Source: Ignavibacteria bacterium (GTDB taxonomy: Bacteria > Bacteroidota > Ignavibacteria > Tepidaquicellales > OLB5). Taken from it: 64,000 nt of DNA. Position 1 is the stretch's first letter; each line of letters opens with the position of its first letter. A program made the position numbers and the translations under genes. Location: the NCBI GenBank assembly GCA_030835025.1, contig JAUQWS010000024.1, positions 7,230 through 71,229 on the forward strand, written 5' to 3'. Below, in pieces: positions 9,808-19,965 of this stretch. Under the pieces are notes generated by a model. That model was not told the DNA's origin and did no database searches. It saw only the letters and a list, made by a program, of their open reading frames with translations.

Positions 9808-11298
9808 ATGAAATTTTCAGAAATGACAGCATCGGCAAAAAACGAAATAATAGATCTTGAGAAGAGCTTTGATTTTGAAGTTAATAAGCTCTGTTACAGC
9901 TCAAAGGATATAGAAAAGAACGATGTATTCTTTGCAATCAAAGGTTACAGAAGCGATGGCAATACATATATTACCGATGCTATAAACAAAGGCGCAATGG
10001 CAGTTTTTACCGATAGTACCTCCGGCGTGACAGATCCAAGGATCTTTCATGTGAATGATTGCCGCAAGACCATGGCAGCCTTAAGCAGTGCATTCTACGG
10101 GAATCCTTCGGGTAAACTGAAAATGGTTGGTGTTACCGGAACAAACGGAAAGACAACTGTAACAAGCATAATTAATCATGTCATGCAGTCAGCCGGACTT
10201 AAGACAGGTCTTATCGGAACAAACGGGAATTACATAAACAAAAGATTCCTAAAGACCGAGCATACCACACCTGAATCAGTTGACCTTAATAAGCTGCTCA
10301 AGGAAATGGTTGATGAAGAAGTTGAGTATGCGGTAATGGAAGTATCTTCACATTCGCTCTTTTTGAAAAGAGTCCATAATATCGAGTTTGATATAGCAAT
10401 ATTCACCAATCTCACCGAAGATCACCTGGATTTTCACGAGAACATGGAAGCCTACTTTGAAGCGAAGAAGACACTTTTTGACTCAATGAAAAGGATCAGC
10501 ACAAAAGGAATCCACCCCGTAGTTATTTACAACTGCAACGACGAAAACGGCACAAAGATCGTAAGTACTTCCGAAGCAGAGAGGATTTCATATGGTTTCG
10601 GATGCGGAACATACTCGGCAAAGAATCTTGATATGGATTTTGAGGGAATGAGTTTTAATGTACTGGTTCCAAGAAACGGCGAAGCAACAGAAAGCATCAA
10701 AATAAAAACAAAACTGACGGGCAGATTCAATGTTCATAACACACTTGCTGCCATTGCTGCACTAAAGGCTCTGGGTCTGAATTATGAACAAATCACCCGA
10801 GGCATTTCAGGTTTTGAGCCGGTTGACGGCAGGTTTAACATGATTAAGTTAAAGAGCGGCGCATCTGCAATAATAGATTACTCCCACACACCGGACTCAT
10901 TGCTTAAGGCAATATCAGCCATCAGAGAAATCCTGAAAGAGAGAAAGTCAAAAGGCAGGATTATCACAGTTTTTGGCTGCGGCGGGAACAGAGACAGGGC
11001 AAAGAGACCCATTATGGGAAAAAACGCAGCCGAGAACAGCGACGAAGTGATAATTACCTCCGATAACCCGCGTGATGAAGAACCGCTTGATATAATAGAG
11101 GATATCAAAAAGGGTATAAACACTGATAATTATCTTGTTGTGCCTGACCGTGAAGAAGCTGTCAAAAAAGCGATAGATTCAGCAGTAAAAGGTGATGTTA
11201 TACTTGTTGCAGGCAAAGGGCACGAAACATACCAGGAAATCAAAGGTGTGAAATATCACTTAAGCGATAGGGAAATTGTAGAAAAGTACGGCAAATGA
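9808..11298 (+). CDS. murE: UDP-MurNAc-tripeptide synthetase (meso-DAP type)
   Basis: GVTGTNGKTT, HTTPES, MEVSSH, DHLDFH, DNPR and AGKGHE. Confidence 0.98.
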   Translation: MKFSEMTASAKNEIIDLEKSFDFEVNKLCYSSKDIEKNDVFFAIKGYRSDGNTYITDAINKGAMAVFTDSTSGVTDPRIFHVNDCRKTMAALSSAFYGNPSGKLKMVGVTGTNGKTTVTSIINHVMQSAGLKTGLIGTNGNYINKRFLKTEHTTPESVDLNKLLKEMVDEEVEYAVMEVSSHSLFLKRVHNIEFDIAIFTNLTEDHLDFHENMEAYFEAKKTLFDSMKRISTKGIHPVVIYNCNDENGTKIVSTSEAERISYGFGCGTYSAKNLDMDFEGMSFNVLVPRNGEATESIKIKTKLTGRFNVHNTLAAIAALKALGLNYEQITRGISGFEPVDGRFNMIKLKSGASAIIDYSHTPDSLLKAISAIREILKERKSKGRIITVFGCGGNRDRAKRPIMGKNAAENSDEVIITSDNPRDEEPLDIIEDIKKGINTDNYLVVPDREEAVKKAIDSAVKGDVILVAGKGHETYQEIKGVKYHLSDREIVEKYGK

Positions 11299-12704
11299 AT
11301 TTAAGCTTAGAAGATCTGAAGAGTTTAAGTAAAGTAAGAATAATAAACAGCAGCTTGTTAGAAAAAACAAAGTTCAGCGGAGTTTCAATTGATTCAAGAA
11401 GATGCACAAGCAGTGAGCTGTTCTTTGCTATCAAAGGTGAAAGATTCGACGGACACGATTTTGTTGAGAATGTTTTAAGCAGATCAAAATGTGCGGTGGT
11501 TTCACAGAAATGGTTCAGCGGGCTTAAGCAAACTCAAAAGCGTTCATTTAAGAATAAGTCACTTGCTGTTGTGCCCGATACACTTAAAGCACTGGGTGAG
11601 CTGGCAAACTGCCACAGAAGAAAGTTTGCGATACCGGTTCTTGCAATTGCCGGAAGCAACGGGAAGACAACAACTAAAGATGCTGTAGCAAACGTGCTTT
11701 CTAAGAAATACAATATTTTAAAAACTGAAGGAAATCTGAATAACGAGCTTGGAGTACCGCTTACGCTTTTCAGGCTGAATAAAAACCACGAACTGGCTGT
11801 GATCGAGCTTGGTACCAACCATTTTGGAGAGATAAAAAGGCTCTGCAGGATCGCTGAACCTCAATTCGGACTTTTGACCAATATCGGCAAGGAGCATTTG
11901 GAATTCCTGAAAGATATCAAAGGCGCGGCCAAAGCAGAAGGAGAACTTGTTGATTACCTTGGCACAAGATACGGAGTGTTTTTTCTGAATGCGGACGACA
12001 AGTACATTAAAGGAATGGCAAAAGGCAAAGAGCTCAAGATCTTCAGTTACGGAAGCTCAAAAAATGTTAGCGTAAGTGGAAGATTAACAGGATTTAGAGG
12101 TTTTTATCCCAGGATAGAGATCAGTTACGGAAAAAAGACAATAAGAACAACTTTAAATAACATAGGTTATCAGAGTTACTATTCAGCTTTAAGTGCTGCA
12201 GCAGCCGGATTCTATTTTTCAGTACCGGTTCGTCTGATAAGCGGTTCGCTTGCCGGAGACCCGGTAGGTTCCGGTAAGCGTAACCAGCTTTTGAACATCA
12301 ATGGTGTATATGTCATAGATGATACATATAACTCCAACCCGGATTCTGTAATTGCAGCACTTGAAAACCTGAAAGCATACAAGACCGGGGGAAGAAAATA
12401 CATTGTGCTTGGTGATATGCTGGAGCTTGGCAGATCAAGCATAAAAGAACACAAAGATTCAGGCAGGCTTGTAAAGAAGATGAAATTCGAAAACCTATAC
12501 ACGTATGGTGACAATTCATACGAAACATTTTCGGGCGCTAAAGGAGTAAAGAACAACTATCACTTTCTGGATAAAACAACACTGGCGGATATGCTTAAGC
12601 TGAGTGTAAAAAGAGGGGATATTGTCCTTGTAAAAGGTTCACGCGGTATGAAAATGGAAGAAGTAATTGAACTTTTGAAATCAAAAAATACCAAAGGGTC
12701 ATAG
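11295..12704 (+). CDS. murF: UDP-MurNAc-tripeptide--D-Ala-D-Ala ligase
   Basis: GSNGKTTTK, NNELGVPLT, DDTYNSNPDS, LGDMLELG and KGSRGMKME. Confidence 0.97.
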   Translation: MNLSLEDLKSLSKVRIINSSLLEKTKFSGVSIDSRRCTSSELFFAIKGERFDGHDFVENVLSRSKCAVVSQKWFSGLKQTQKRSFKNKSLAVVPDTLKALGELANCHRRKFAIPVLAIAGSNGKTTTKDAVANVLSKKYNILKTEGNLNNELGVPLTLFRLNKNHELAVIELGTNHFGEIKRLCRIAEPQFGLLTNIGKEHLEFLKDIKGAAKAEGELVDYLGTRYGVFFLNADDKYIKGMAKGKELKIFSYGSSKNVSVSGRLTGFRGFYPRIEISYGKKTIRTTLNNIGYQSYYSALSAAAAGFYFSVPVRLISGSLAGDPVGSGKRNQLLNINGVYVIDDTYNSNPDSVIAALENLKAYKTGGRKYIVLGDMLELGRSSIKEHKDSGRLVKKMKFENLYTYGDNSYETFSGAKGVKNNYHFLDKTTLADMLKLSVKRGDIVLVKGSRGMKMEEVIELLKSKNTKGS

Positions 12705-12707
12705 CCG

Positions 12708-13817
12708 ATGCTATATTACCTGGCAGAATATATCAATAAGACATTCAATCCACCCGGGTTTGACGTATTTAAATTCCTCACCTGGCGCTCGGCGCTATCA
12801 GCAATAACTGCTATGATAATATGTTTCTGGGCAGGTCCAAAGATACTTGCTGTTTTAAAAAAGAAACATGTTGGCGAAGAGATAAGGCATGACGGGCCGC
12901 AGAGCCATTATACAAAATCTGGCACACCTACTATGGGCGGACTGATAGTGCTTCTGGCAATTCTTGTGCCTGTAATTTTATGGGGTGACCTGAAGAATAC
13001 ATATATACTTCTTATCCTTCTTGCTACGGTATGGATGGGTCTTGTCGGTTTCATAGATGACTATTTGAAGGTAGTTAAGAAGATGAAAAAGGGACTGGTT
13101 GCGCGTTACAAGCTGATGAACCAGATCGGACTTGGTATTGTAGTTGCGTGTTTGATATACTTCCTGCCTGAATTCCAGGATATTAATTCTGTGACAACTA
13201 TTCCCTTCATAAAGAAAATAGAGTTTGACTTTTCGTACCTGTATATACCTATTATGGTGTTCATAATAACTGCTACGTCAAACGCCGTCAACCTGACAGA
13301 CGGTCTTGATGGCCTTGCTATTGGCTGTGTTGGGATCGCTGGTCTCGCCATAGGACTTATAGCATATCTTTCGGGTAATGAAATATTCAGCAGGTATCTG
13401 AACATCATATACCTGCCGGGTAACGGAGAACTTGCAGTTTACTGTGCAGCGCTGGTTGGCGCATCGCTCGGTTTCCTGTGGTTCAATTCTTACCCGGCAC
13501 AGGTCTTTATGGGTGATACCGGTTCTCTGGCTCTTGGCGGAGCGATCGGCACACTTTCGATTTTGATAAAAAAAGAATTTCTATTGCCGATACTTGGCGG
13601 AATATTTTTTGCTGAATCACTGTCAGTAATTCTGCAAAGGTATTACTTCAAATACACGAAAAAGAAGTACGGCGAAGGCAGAAGAGTCCTTAAGATGGCG
13701 CCCCTGCATCATCATTTTGAACTGGGTGGCATTCCCGAGCCTAAGATAGTCACCAGGTTCTATATAGTGGCTGTGATCCTTGCGATTCTTACATTTGCAA
13801 CATTCAAGATCAGATAA
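12708..13817 (+). CDS. mraY: Phospho-MurNAc-pentapeptide transferase
   Basis: GTPTMGG, DDY, NAVNLTDGLDGLA, FMGDTGSLALG and MAPLHHHFE. Confidence 0.99.
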   Translation: MLYYLAEYINKTFNPPGFDVFKFLTWRSALSAITAMIICFWAGPKILAVLKKKHVGEEIRHDGPQSHYTKSGTPTMGGLIVLLAILVPVILWGDLKNTYILLILLATVWMGLVGFIDDYLKVVKKMKKGLVARYKLMNQIGLGIVVACLIYFLPEFQDINSVTTIPFIKKIEFDFSYLYIPIMVFIITATSNAVNLTDGLDGLAIGCVGIAGLAIGLIAYLSGNEIFSRYLNIIYLPGNGELAVYCAALVGASLGFLWFNSYPAQVFMGDTGSLALGGAIGTLSILIKKEFLLPILGGIFFAESLSVILQRYYFKYTKKKYGEGRRVLKMAPLHHHFELGGIPEPKIVTRFYIVAVILAILTFATFKIR

Positions 13818-14497
13818 TGAAAACTATAATGTTAATGAACAAATCTATGAAAACAAAAACTATCATCATAACCATCCTGCTGATTTTCGCATCATCAGCA
13901 ATTTCATATTCACAGCAGCAAAGCGGAGAACTTAAATCAGTGTCAGTTAACAACGAAGGCATTAATTTGAGTCCTTTAAAGCTTAAATCAGAAGATTCGA
14001 AGAGTTTATTTCAGAAACCGACCAAGAAGATCTATTTTGTACCGGGCGGAAAGATCGGAATGTTCTTCCTCCAGGGCGATTACAATGATCACCAGTTAAT
14101 TGCACTCGAAGTATTCGGCAAATATGTTGGTGACGGCTTTTGGGCAGAGATCAGCCTTCCGTTCAGGTTTAAAACAAGCCCGGCATTTACAGATATCGGA
14201 CTTGATCTGAATGTAATGTATCCGTTCCTCGGAAAATCAAATAAATCAGAAGTTGACCCGTTTGTCGGGGGCGGACTTGGACTCCATTTCATCGGCAGGG
14301 ATAGAGATGACTCTACCAGGACAAGCGTTGCAGCAAGGGGCGGACTTGGACTGAACATCATTGTTGGTGCCGTATTCTTTAAAAACTATGACTTCAACAT
14401 TATGGTTGAGCTTAAGTATTTCAATTACCTGCGCGAGTTTGATGATTTGCGCTACCAGGGTATTGGCCTGAACATTGGCGCAACATTTCCGAGATAA
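13817..14497 (+). CDS. Putative small outer-membrane beta-barrel protein inserted in the dcw cluster
   Basis: Signal peptide; amphipathic strands such as PFVGGGLG, GLGLNIIVG and terminal GIGLNIGATF. Several alternative ATGs lie between 13817 and 13847. Confidence 0.75.
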   Translation: MKTIMLMNKSMKTKTIIITILLIFASSAISYSQQQSGELKSVSVNNEGINLSPLKLKSEDSKSLFQKPTKKIYFVPGGKIGMFFLQGDYNDHQLIALEVFGKYVGDGFWAEISLPFRFKTSPAFTDIGLDLNVMYPFLGKSNKSEVDPFVGGGLGLHFIGRDRDDSTRTSVAARGGLGLNIIVGAVFFKNYDFNIMVELKYFNYLREFDDLRYQGIGLNIGATFPR

Positions 14498-15873
14498 TGT
14501 TGATGAAAACTGATATGCAGAAATACAGGAAGGTATCAGTGATCGGCGCAGCCAGGAGCGGCGTTGCCGCTGCAAAGCTTTTTAAAAAGAACGGATTTGA
14601 TGTGTTCTTGAGTGATTCAACTGCCGCTGAAAAAATAGATGCAAAATTTGTTTCAGAGATCAAAACCGCAGAGATAGAACACGAGTTCGGCGGGCACAGC
14701 GAAAGAGTATATGAATGCGACCTGATGATTGTAAGCCCGGGTGTGCCTCAAAAATCAAAAGTTATTCAGACTGCGCTCAAAAGAGAGATCGAAGTCATCA
14801 GCGAAGTTGAAGCTGCGTCATGGTTCAGCAAAGGAAGGGTAATTGCAGTCACGGGAACCAACGGAAAAACAACAACAACAACTCTGATAGGAGAGATATT
14901 CAAAGATGCAGGTTTCAATACGTTTGTCTGTGGTAACATCGGAACTGCATTTTCAGAAATAGCAGATAAGACTAATGATGATTCAATTGTTGTGCTGGAA
15001 ACAAGCAGCTTTCAGCTTGATAATATAAAGAATTTCAAGCCATTCGTATCTGTAATGCTTAACATTACCCCCGATCATCTTGATAGATACGATACTTTCG
15101 ATGATTATGCTGTTTCAAAAATGAAAATATCGGGTAACCAGGATTCAGGTGACCATTTTGTCTTTAATTTTGATGATGAACTCATCAGGAAATCAGTTCA
15201 AATGAACGTTAAGGCAAAACACTCTGCATTCAGCTTAAGCAGCGAAATAAAAAAGAAATACGAAACTGGGGCATATGTTGATAATTACGACCTCATATAC
15301 TTCTATTATATGGGTGAGGAAAATGTTATAGATACCCAGAAGCTCATAATCAAAGGGCAGCACAACGTCTATAATACCATGGCATCGGTCATATCTGCGA
15401 AGATATTCGGAATACAGAAGGAGTATATAAAGAAAACAGTGGAGAATTTTAAGGGAGTTGAGCACAGACTTGAGTTTGTCAGGGATATCAACGGAATAAA
15501 ATTCTATAATGATTCAAAAGCAACAAATGTAAATTCTGTTTGGTATGCGTTGCAGGGATTTAACGAGAAACTGATACTTATTCTGGGCGGAAAAGACAAG
15601 GGGAATGATTACAGCCAGATCGAAAAAGAAGTAAAGGAACATGTTAAGCATATTGTTGCAATCGGAGAGTCAAAACAGAAAGTATATAATTATTTCAAGG
15701 ATATTGTTCCGACAACAATTGCCGGCAGCATGGAAGACGCAGTGAACAAGGCTGCTGCAAACGCACGCCGGAGCGAAATTGTGCTTCTTTCACCTGCCTG
15801 TGCAAGCTTTGATATGTTTGATAATTATGAGCACAGGGGCAGTGAATTCAAGAAAATAGTTAACTCGCTTTAA
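14497..15873 (+). CDS. murD: UDP-MurNAc-L-Ala--D-Glu ligase
   Basis: SPGVP, GTNGKTTTT, ETSSFQL, DHLDRY, NDSKATN and LLSPACASFD. Confidence 0.98.
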   Translation: MLMKTDMQKYRKVSVIGAARSGVAAAKLFKKNGFDVFLSDSTAAEKIDAKFVSEIKTAEIEHEFGGHSERVYECDLMIVSPGVPQKSKVIQTALKREIEVISEVEAASWFSKGRVIAVTGTNGKTTTTTLIGEIFKDAGFNTFVCGNIGTAFSEIADKTNDDSIVVLETSSFQLDNIKNFKPFVSVMLNITPDHLDRYDTFDDYAVSKMKISGNQDSGDHFVFNFDDELIRKSVQMNVKAKHSAFSLSSEIKKKYETGAYVDNYDLIYFYYMGEENVIDTQKLIIKGQHNVYNTMASVISAKIFGIQKEYIKKTVENFKGVEHRLEFVRDINGIKFYNDSKATNVNSVWYALQGFNEKLILILGGKDKGNDYSQIEKEVKEHVKHIVAIGESKQKVYNYFKDIVPTTIAGSMEDAVNKAAANARRSEIVLLSPACASFDMFDNYEHRGSEFKKIVNSL

Positions 15874-15875
15874 TA

Positions 15876-17024
15876 GTGGAGCCAAAAGTAAATAAAATCG
15901 ATCTCTGGATACTGGTGCCGATACTTGCGCTGATAACATTCAGCCTTGGCGTTGTTTACAGCGCATCATCAAGCTGGTCTTTTAAGCTGAGCGGCGATAC
16001 CATGTACTTATTCAGGAACCACATTCTGAGAGCTGCAGCAGGTGTCATTTTGATCTTTGCAGTTTCAAGATTAAGCTATCTTCATCTTATCAGATACCGC
16101 AAACTGCTTATGGGCGCGGCAGTATTGATGCTGCTTTACCTTCTGTTTGCAGGTGTTGAGCAGACCAAAGGAGCAGCCCGCTGGATTTACCTTGGGGGAT
16201 TCAGTTTCCAGCCTGCTGATTATGTGAAATATGCCTTATTGATAAATATTGCATACCTGCTTGCAAAGAAGAAGGATTATGTCGGAAATCTATACTATGG
16301 TTATTTGCCGGTTCTTGGATACGTTCTGCTTGTTGTAATTCTCATTGCACTTCAGCCTAATTTTTCTACTGCCAGTGCGATCTTTCTTTCTAGCATGATG
16401 CTCTTCTGGATTGGAAAAGTTAAGCTGAAGCACATGGCAATAACAGTTCTTTCAATAGTGCCGGCCGCAATAGTTTTCATTCTTTCAAAGCCGTATATAC
16501 TCAACAGGATATTTTCTTACCGCGAGCATACAGGCGGAGGTGAGACCAGCTACCAGCTTTCACAGGCTATTATTGGTTTTGGCAACGGAGGATTCTTCGG
16601 AGTAGGTCCGGGGAATTCAAACCAGCGCGAGTTCTTCCTGCCGCAATCGTACGATGATTTTGTTTTCTCCATTGTCGGGGAAGAATACGGTTTCTGGGGT
16701 GTCACTATCGTTATTCTGCTGTTTGCATTATTCGTATTCAGGGGTCTTAAGCTTGCAAAGAACATGGAAGACGATTTCGGCAAGTATCTTGCTTTTGGAA
16801 TAACAGTGATAATCGGCATGAATGCCGTAATAAATATGATGGTTGCTACGGGAATTATCCCGACAACCGGACAAACGCTTCCGTTCATAAGCTATGGCGG
16901 AACCTCAATTATCTTCAATTCAATCGCAGTCGGTATTCTGCTGAATATTTCAACGCACAGACTGCAGCCAAAGGGAGCTCTTTTGAGGGAGACACTTTCC
17001 AGGACAGAAGCTGAAGATGATTAA
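15876..17024 (+). CDS. ftsW: SEDS peptidoglycan polymerase FtsW
   Basis: GAARWI, FQP, QPNFS, YQLSQA, GEEYG and LPFISYGGTS. Confidence 0.96.
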   Translation: MEPKVNKIDLWILVPILALITFSLGVVYSASSSWSFKLSGDTMYLFRNHILRAAAGVILIFAVSRLSYLHLIRYRKLLMGAAVLMLLYLLFAGVEQTKGAARWIYLGGFSFQPADYVKYALLINIAYLLAKKKDYVGNLYYGYLPVLGYVLLVVILIALQPNFSTASAIFLSSMMLFWIGKVKLKHMAITVLSIVPAAIVFILSKPYILNRIFSYREHTGGGETSYQLSQAIIGFGNGGFFGVGPGNSNQREFFLPQSYDDFVFSIVGEEYGFWGVTIVILLFALFVFRGLKLAKNMEDDFGKYLAFGITVIIGMNAVINMMVATGIIPTTGQTLPFISYGGTSIIFNSIAVGILLNISTHRLQPKGALLRETLSRTEAEDD

Positions 17025-18117
17025 CAGAATAATTTTTGCTGCCGGAGGCACCGGAGGCCATATTTACCCGGCAATTGCAATAGCAGATGAGCTTAAAAGA
17101 ATGAATGAAAAGATAGAAATAAAATTTATAGGCGCAAAAGGTAAGATCGAAGAAAGGATAGTTCCCGGCAGCGGCTATAAGCTTGATACGATCGAGATAA
17201 GCGGATTTAAACGCAGCCTTAGCCTGAAAAATATTTCTGCGGCATTCAAACTAAAGAAAGCATTGAGTGATTCAAAAAAAATACTGATTGATTTTAAGCC
17301 CGAGCTGGTATTTGGTACAGGCGGTTATGTATCCGGTCCGGTTTTAAGGACTGCGGGCAAGCTTGGTATCACAACTGTTATTGAAGAAGGCAATTATTAC
17401 CCCGGCGTTACAGTGAAGCTTATTGCTCCAAAAGCAGATAAGGTAATTGTGAATTTTAAAGGAACGAAGAAATTCCTGAAAAGACAGGATAACATTATAA
17501 CACTTTCTTACCCGGTAAGAGCAGGGATGAAAAGAACTGACCGCACAGAAGCTGCAGGTATGTTTGGGCTGGACCATAAGAAGAAAATACTTCTCGTTTT
17601 TGGCGGCAGCCAGGGTGCAAGATCGATCAACACAGCACTCCTGAAATGCTTTGAGAATATTTCCGGAGCGGGTGTGCAGATAATATGGCAAACCGGCGAA
17701 AGTGATTTTGAAAGCGTAACAAATGCTGCTTCCGGCAATAAAGATATAAAAGTGCTGAGATATATAAATAACATTGGTACAGCTTATTCTGCAAGTGATC
17801 TCATTGTATGCCGTTCGGGAATATCAACAATTATGGAGCTTGCTGCATTCGGTTCGGCAGCGGTATTTGTGCCGTATCCCCGTGCTTCGGAAAACCACCA
17901 GGAGAAAAATGCAAGGGCTGTTGCGGATAAACAGGCGGCCGTGGTGATTGCAGATAATGAACTGGACCTGAAGCTTGAAAGCACAATTCTTGAGCTAATA
18001 AGTGATGAAAATAAGCTTGAGGAAATGGGAAGCAGCATTAAACAATTTGCAGATATTGAAGCAGCGGGCAAGATCGCTCAAATGCTGGTTGAATTGGTAA
18101 ACAAATCAAAGAACTGA
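17017..18117 (+). CDS. murG: Lipid I GlcNAc transferase MurG
   Basis: GGTGGHIYP, GGYVS, GGSQGA and HQEKNA. Confidence 0.98.
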   Translation: MINRIIFAAGGTGGHIYPAIAIADELKRMNEKIEIKFIGAKGKIEERIVPGSGYKLDTIEISGFKRSLSLKNISAAFKLKKALSDSKKILIDFKPELVFGTGGYVSGPVLRTAGKLGITTVIEEGNYYPGVTVKLIAPKADKVIVNFKGTKKFLKRQDNIITLSYPVRAGMKRTDRTEAAGMFGLDHKKKILLVFGGSQGARSINTALLKCFENISGAGVQIIWQTGESDFESVTNAASGNKDIKVLRYINNIGTAYSASDLIVCRSGISTIMELAAFGSAAVFVPYPRASENHQEKNARAVADKQAAVVIADNELDLKLESTILELISDENKLEEMGSSIKQFADIEAAGKIAQMLVELVNKSKN

Positions 18118-18118
18118 A

Positions 18119-18577
18119 ATGGAAGAGAAAGTTCATAAATACAGGCTGGACTTCTATTATCAATCGCTCGTAATATACCTGCTGTTCTTTACAGCATATG
18201 TACTGATTAAAGGTACAGTTGGTGAGAGCTTCAGGTCGCTGTATAATGACCCGATCTTCTACATACTCATAATTTTCATAGTTGTTTTCCTCTTCATTGT
18301 AATAGTCAATATCGTGCGCGCTCCGACGATCATACTGAAAACAGACAGGATCGAATTTAAGAACAGGTTTGGAAGCAGGGAAGTAATGTTCAGTGATATC
18401 ATTCACGTAAAAATAGGCAGGCGCAGAAAAGCTGAAGAAGAAATGACATATAAGATCATAAAGCTGAAACTGAAACACAGAAGAAAACAGCTCAGGATAA
18501 GAGCAAACGATTTCGAGCGCGGCGGTGAACTGATTAGGGAATTCCTAAGAATTAAGCATCCGGTACAGGGTAATTAA
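18119..18577 (+). CDS. Hypothetical two-TM membrane protein with a basic, PH-like C-terminal domain, inserted between murG and murC
   Basis: Two hydrophobic helices, then a beta-rich basic region (IEFKNRFGSREVMFSDI); 1-bp and 5-bp gaps to its neighbours. Confidence 0.75.
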   Translation: MEEKVHKYRLDFYYQSLVIYLLFFTAYVLIKGTVGESFRSLYNDPIFYILIIFIVVFLFIVIVNIVRAPTIILKTDRIEFKNRFGSREVMFSDIIHVKIGRRRKAEEEMTYKIIKLKLKHRRKQLRIRANDFERGGELIREFLRIKHPVQGN

Positions 18578-18582
18578 TAGAA

Positions 18583-19965
18583 GTGCTGACCAAAAAAAAT
18601 AATATCTACTTCATTGGCATAGGCGGCATCGGAATGAGCGGCCTGGCTGAGTATTACCTGAGGAACGGATTCAATGTCTCCGGTTCAGATATGACTCCTT
18701 CGCACATTACAGAAAGACTCATAGCTCTCGGAGCCAAAATCCATACCGGGCATTCAGATAAAAATCTTGATCCAACTATCGATACAGTTGTCTACACATC
18801 TGCCGTGAAATCAGATAATCCTGAATTCCGCCGTGCAAAGGAGTTGGGTTTAAGGCTCATAAGACGCGCAGAAATGCTCGGTGAAATTGTGAATGATAAA
18901 TATCTTATTGCAGTATCGGGAACACACGGCAAAACTACAACTACAGCAATGATCGGCAAGCTTCTTGTTGATGCAGGTCTTGACCCGCTGATATTCGTAG
19001 GCGGCAACGTACAGCTCTTTGATGGCGGCGCTTCAAGATTCGGCAGCGGAAAGTACGCTGTAGTTGAAGCTGATGAATATGACAGGTCATTCCTTGCACT
19101 GAGACCGGATGTGACGGTAATAACCAATATTGATGAAGACCATCTGGATATTTACAAAGATCTTGATGAAATAAAAGAAACATTCAAACTGTTTTGTGAC
19201 CGTTCAAAATACGGAGCTTATATGGTTTATTGCGGTGATGATGAAAACATCAAAAGCTTTATGAATACCATAAACAGAGAAAAGATTTCATACGGCTTTG
19301 ATGAGAAGAATTACCTGAAGATCTTAAACTACCATCCCGCTGATAATGCACTGAACTTCACCGTTATGAACTCAACAAGTTCATATGAAGGCATCAGGCT
19401 GAATATGCCCGGAAGGCACAATGCGCTTAATTCAACTGCATGCTTCGCCGTATCAAAAGTTATTGGCGTAGCATTTGATAAGTATAAAGAAAGCATCAGA
19501 GGCTTCAGAACAGTTGATAGAAGAATGCAGCTGAAGCTGGATAGAGGGGGAATAAGAGTCTATGATGATTACTCCCACCATCCGGCAGAGATCAAAGCCA
19601 GCCTTGCCGGACTGAAGGAAATGAATAAGGGAAGACTGATTACGGTATTCCAGCCTCATCTGTACAGCAGGACAAGAGATTTCTACAAAGACTTTGCACG
19701 CGAGCTTTCAGCGGCTGATGAAATTATCCTGATGGATATTTATCCCGCGCGCGAAAAACCGATACAGGGTATAACAAGCGAGCTCATATGTAATGAGATA
19801 AGAAAAATGGGCGGGAATGTTTCTCTGATAAGTGAAAACGAGAAGATCATTGACAAATTGATGAGTGACATAAAGCCCGGAGATAATATAGTTTTTCAGG
19901 GAGCCGGAAGCATAACTGATCTTTGCAGCGAATTTGTTAACAAACTGGTTCAAATGCAGAATTGA
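18583..19965 (+). CDS. murC: UDP-MurNAc--L-Ala ligase
   Basis: GIGGIGMSGLA, GTHGKTTTT, EADEYDRSF, DDYSHHP and FQPHLYSRT. Confidence 0.98.
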   Translation: MLTKKNNIYFIGIGGIGMSGLAEYYLRNGFNVSGSDMTPSHITERLIALGAKIHTGHSDKNLDPTIDTVVYTSAVKSDNPEFRRAKELGLRLIRRAEMLGEIVNDKYLIAVSGTHGKTTTTAMIGKLLVDAGLDPLIFVGGNVQLFDGGASRFGSGKYAVVEADEYDRSFLALRPDVTVITNIDEDHLDIYKDLDEIKETFKLFCDRSKYGAYMVYCGDDENIKSFMNTINREKISYGFDEKNYLKILNYHPADNALNFTVMNSTSSYEGIRLNMPGRHNALNSTACFAVSKVIGVAFDKYKESIRGFRTVDRRMQLKLDRGGIRVYDDYSHHPAEIKASLAGLKEMNKGRLITVFQPHLYSRTRDFYKDFARELSAADEIILMDIYPAREKPIQGITSELICNEIRKMGGNVSLISENEKIIDKLMSDIKPGDNIVFQGAGSITDLCSEFVNKLVQMQN

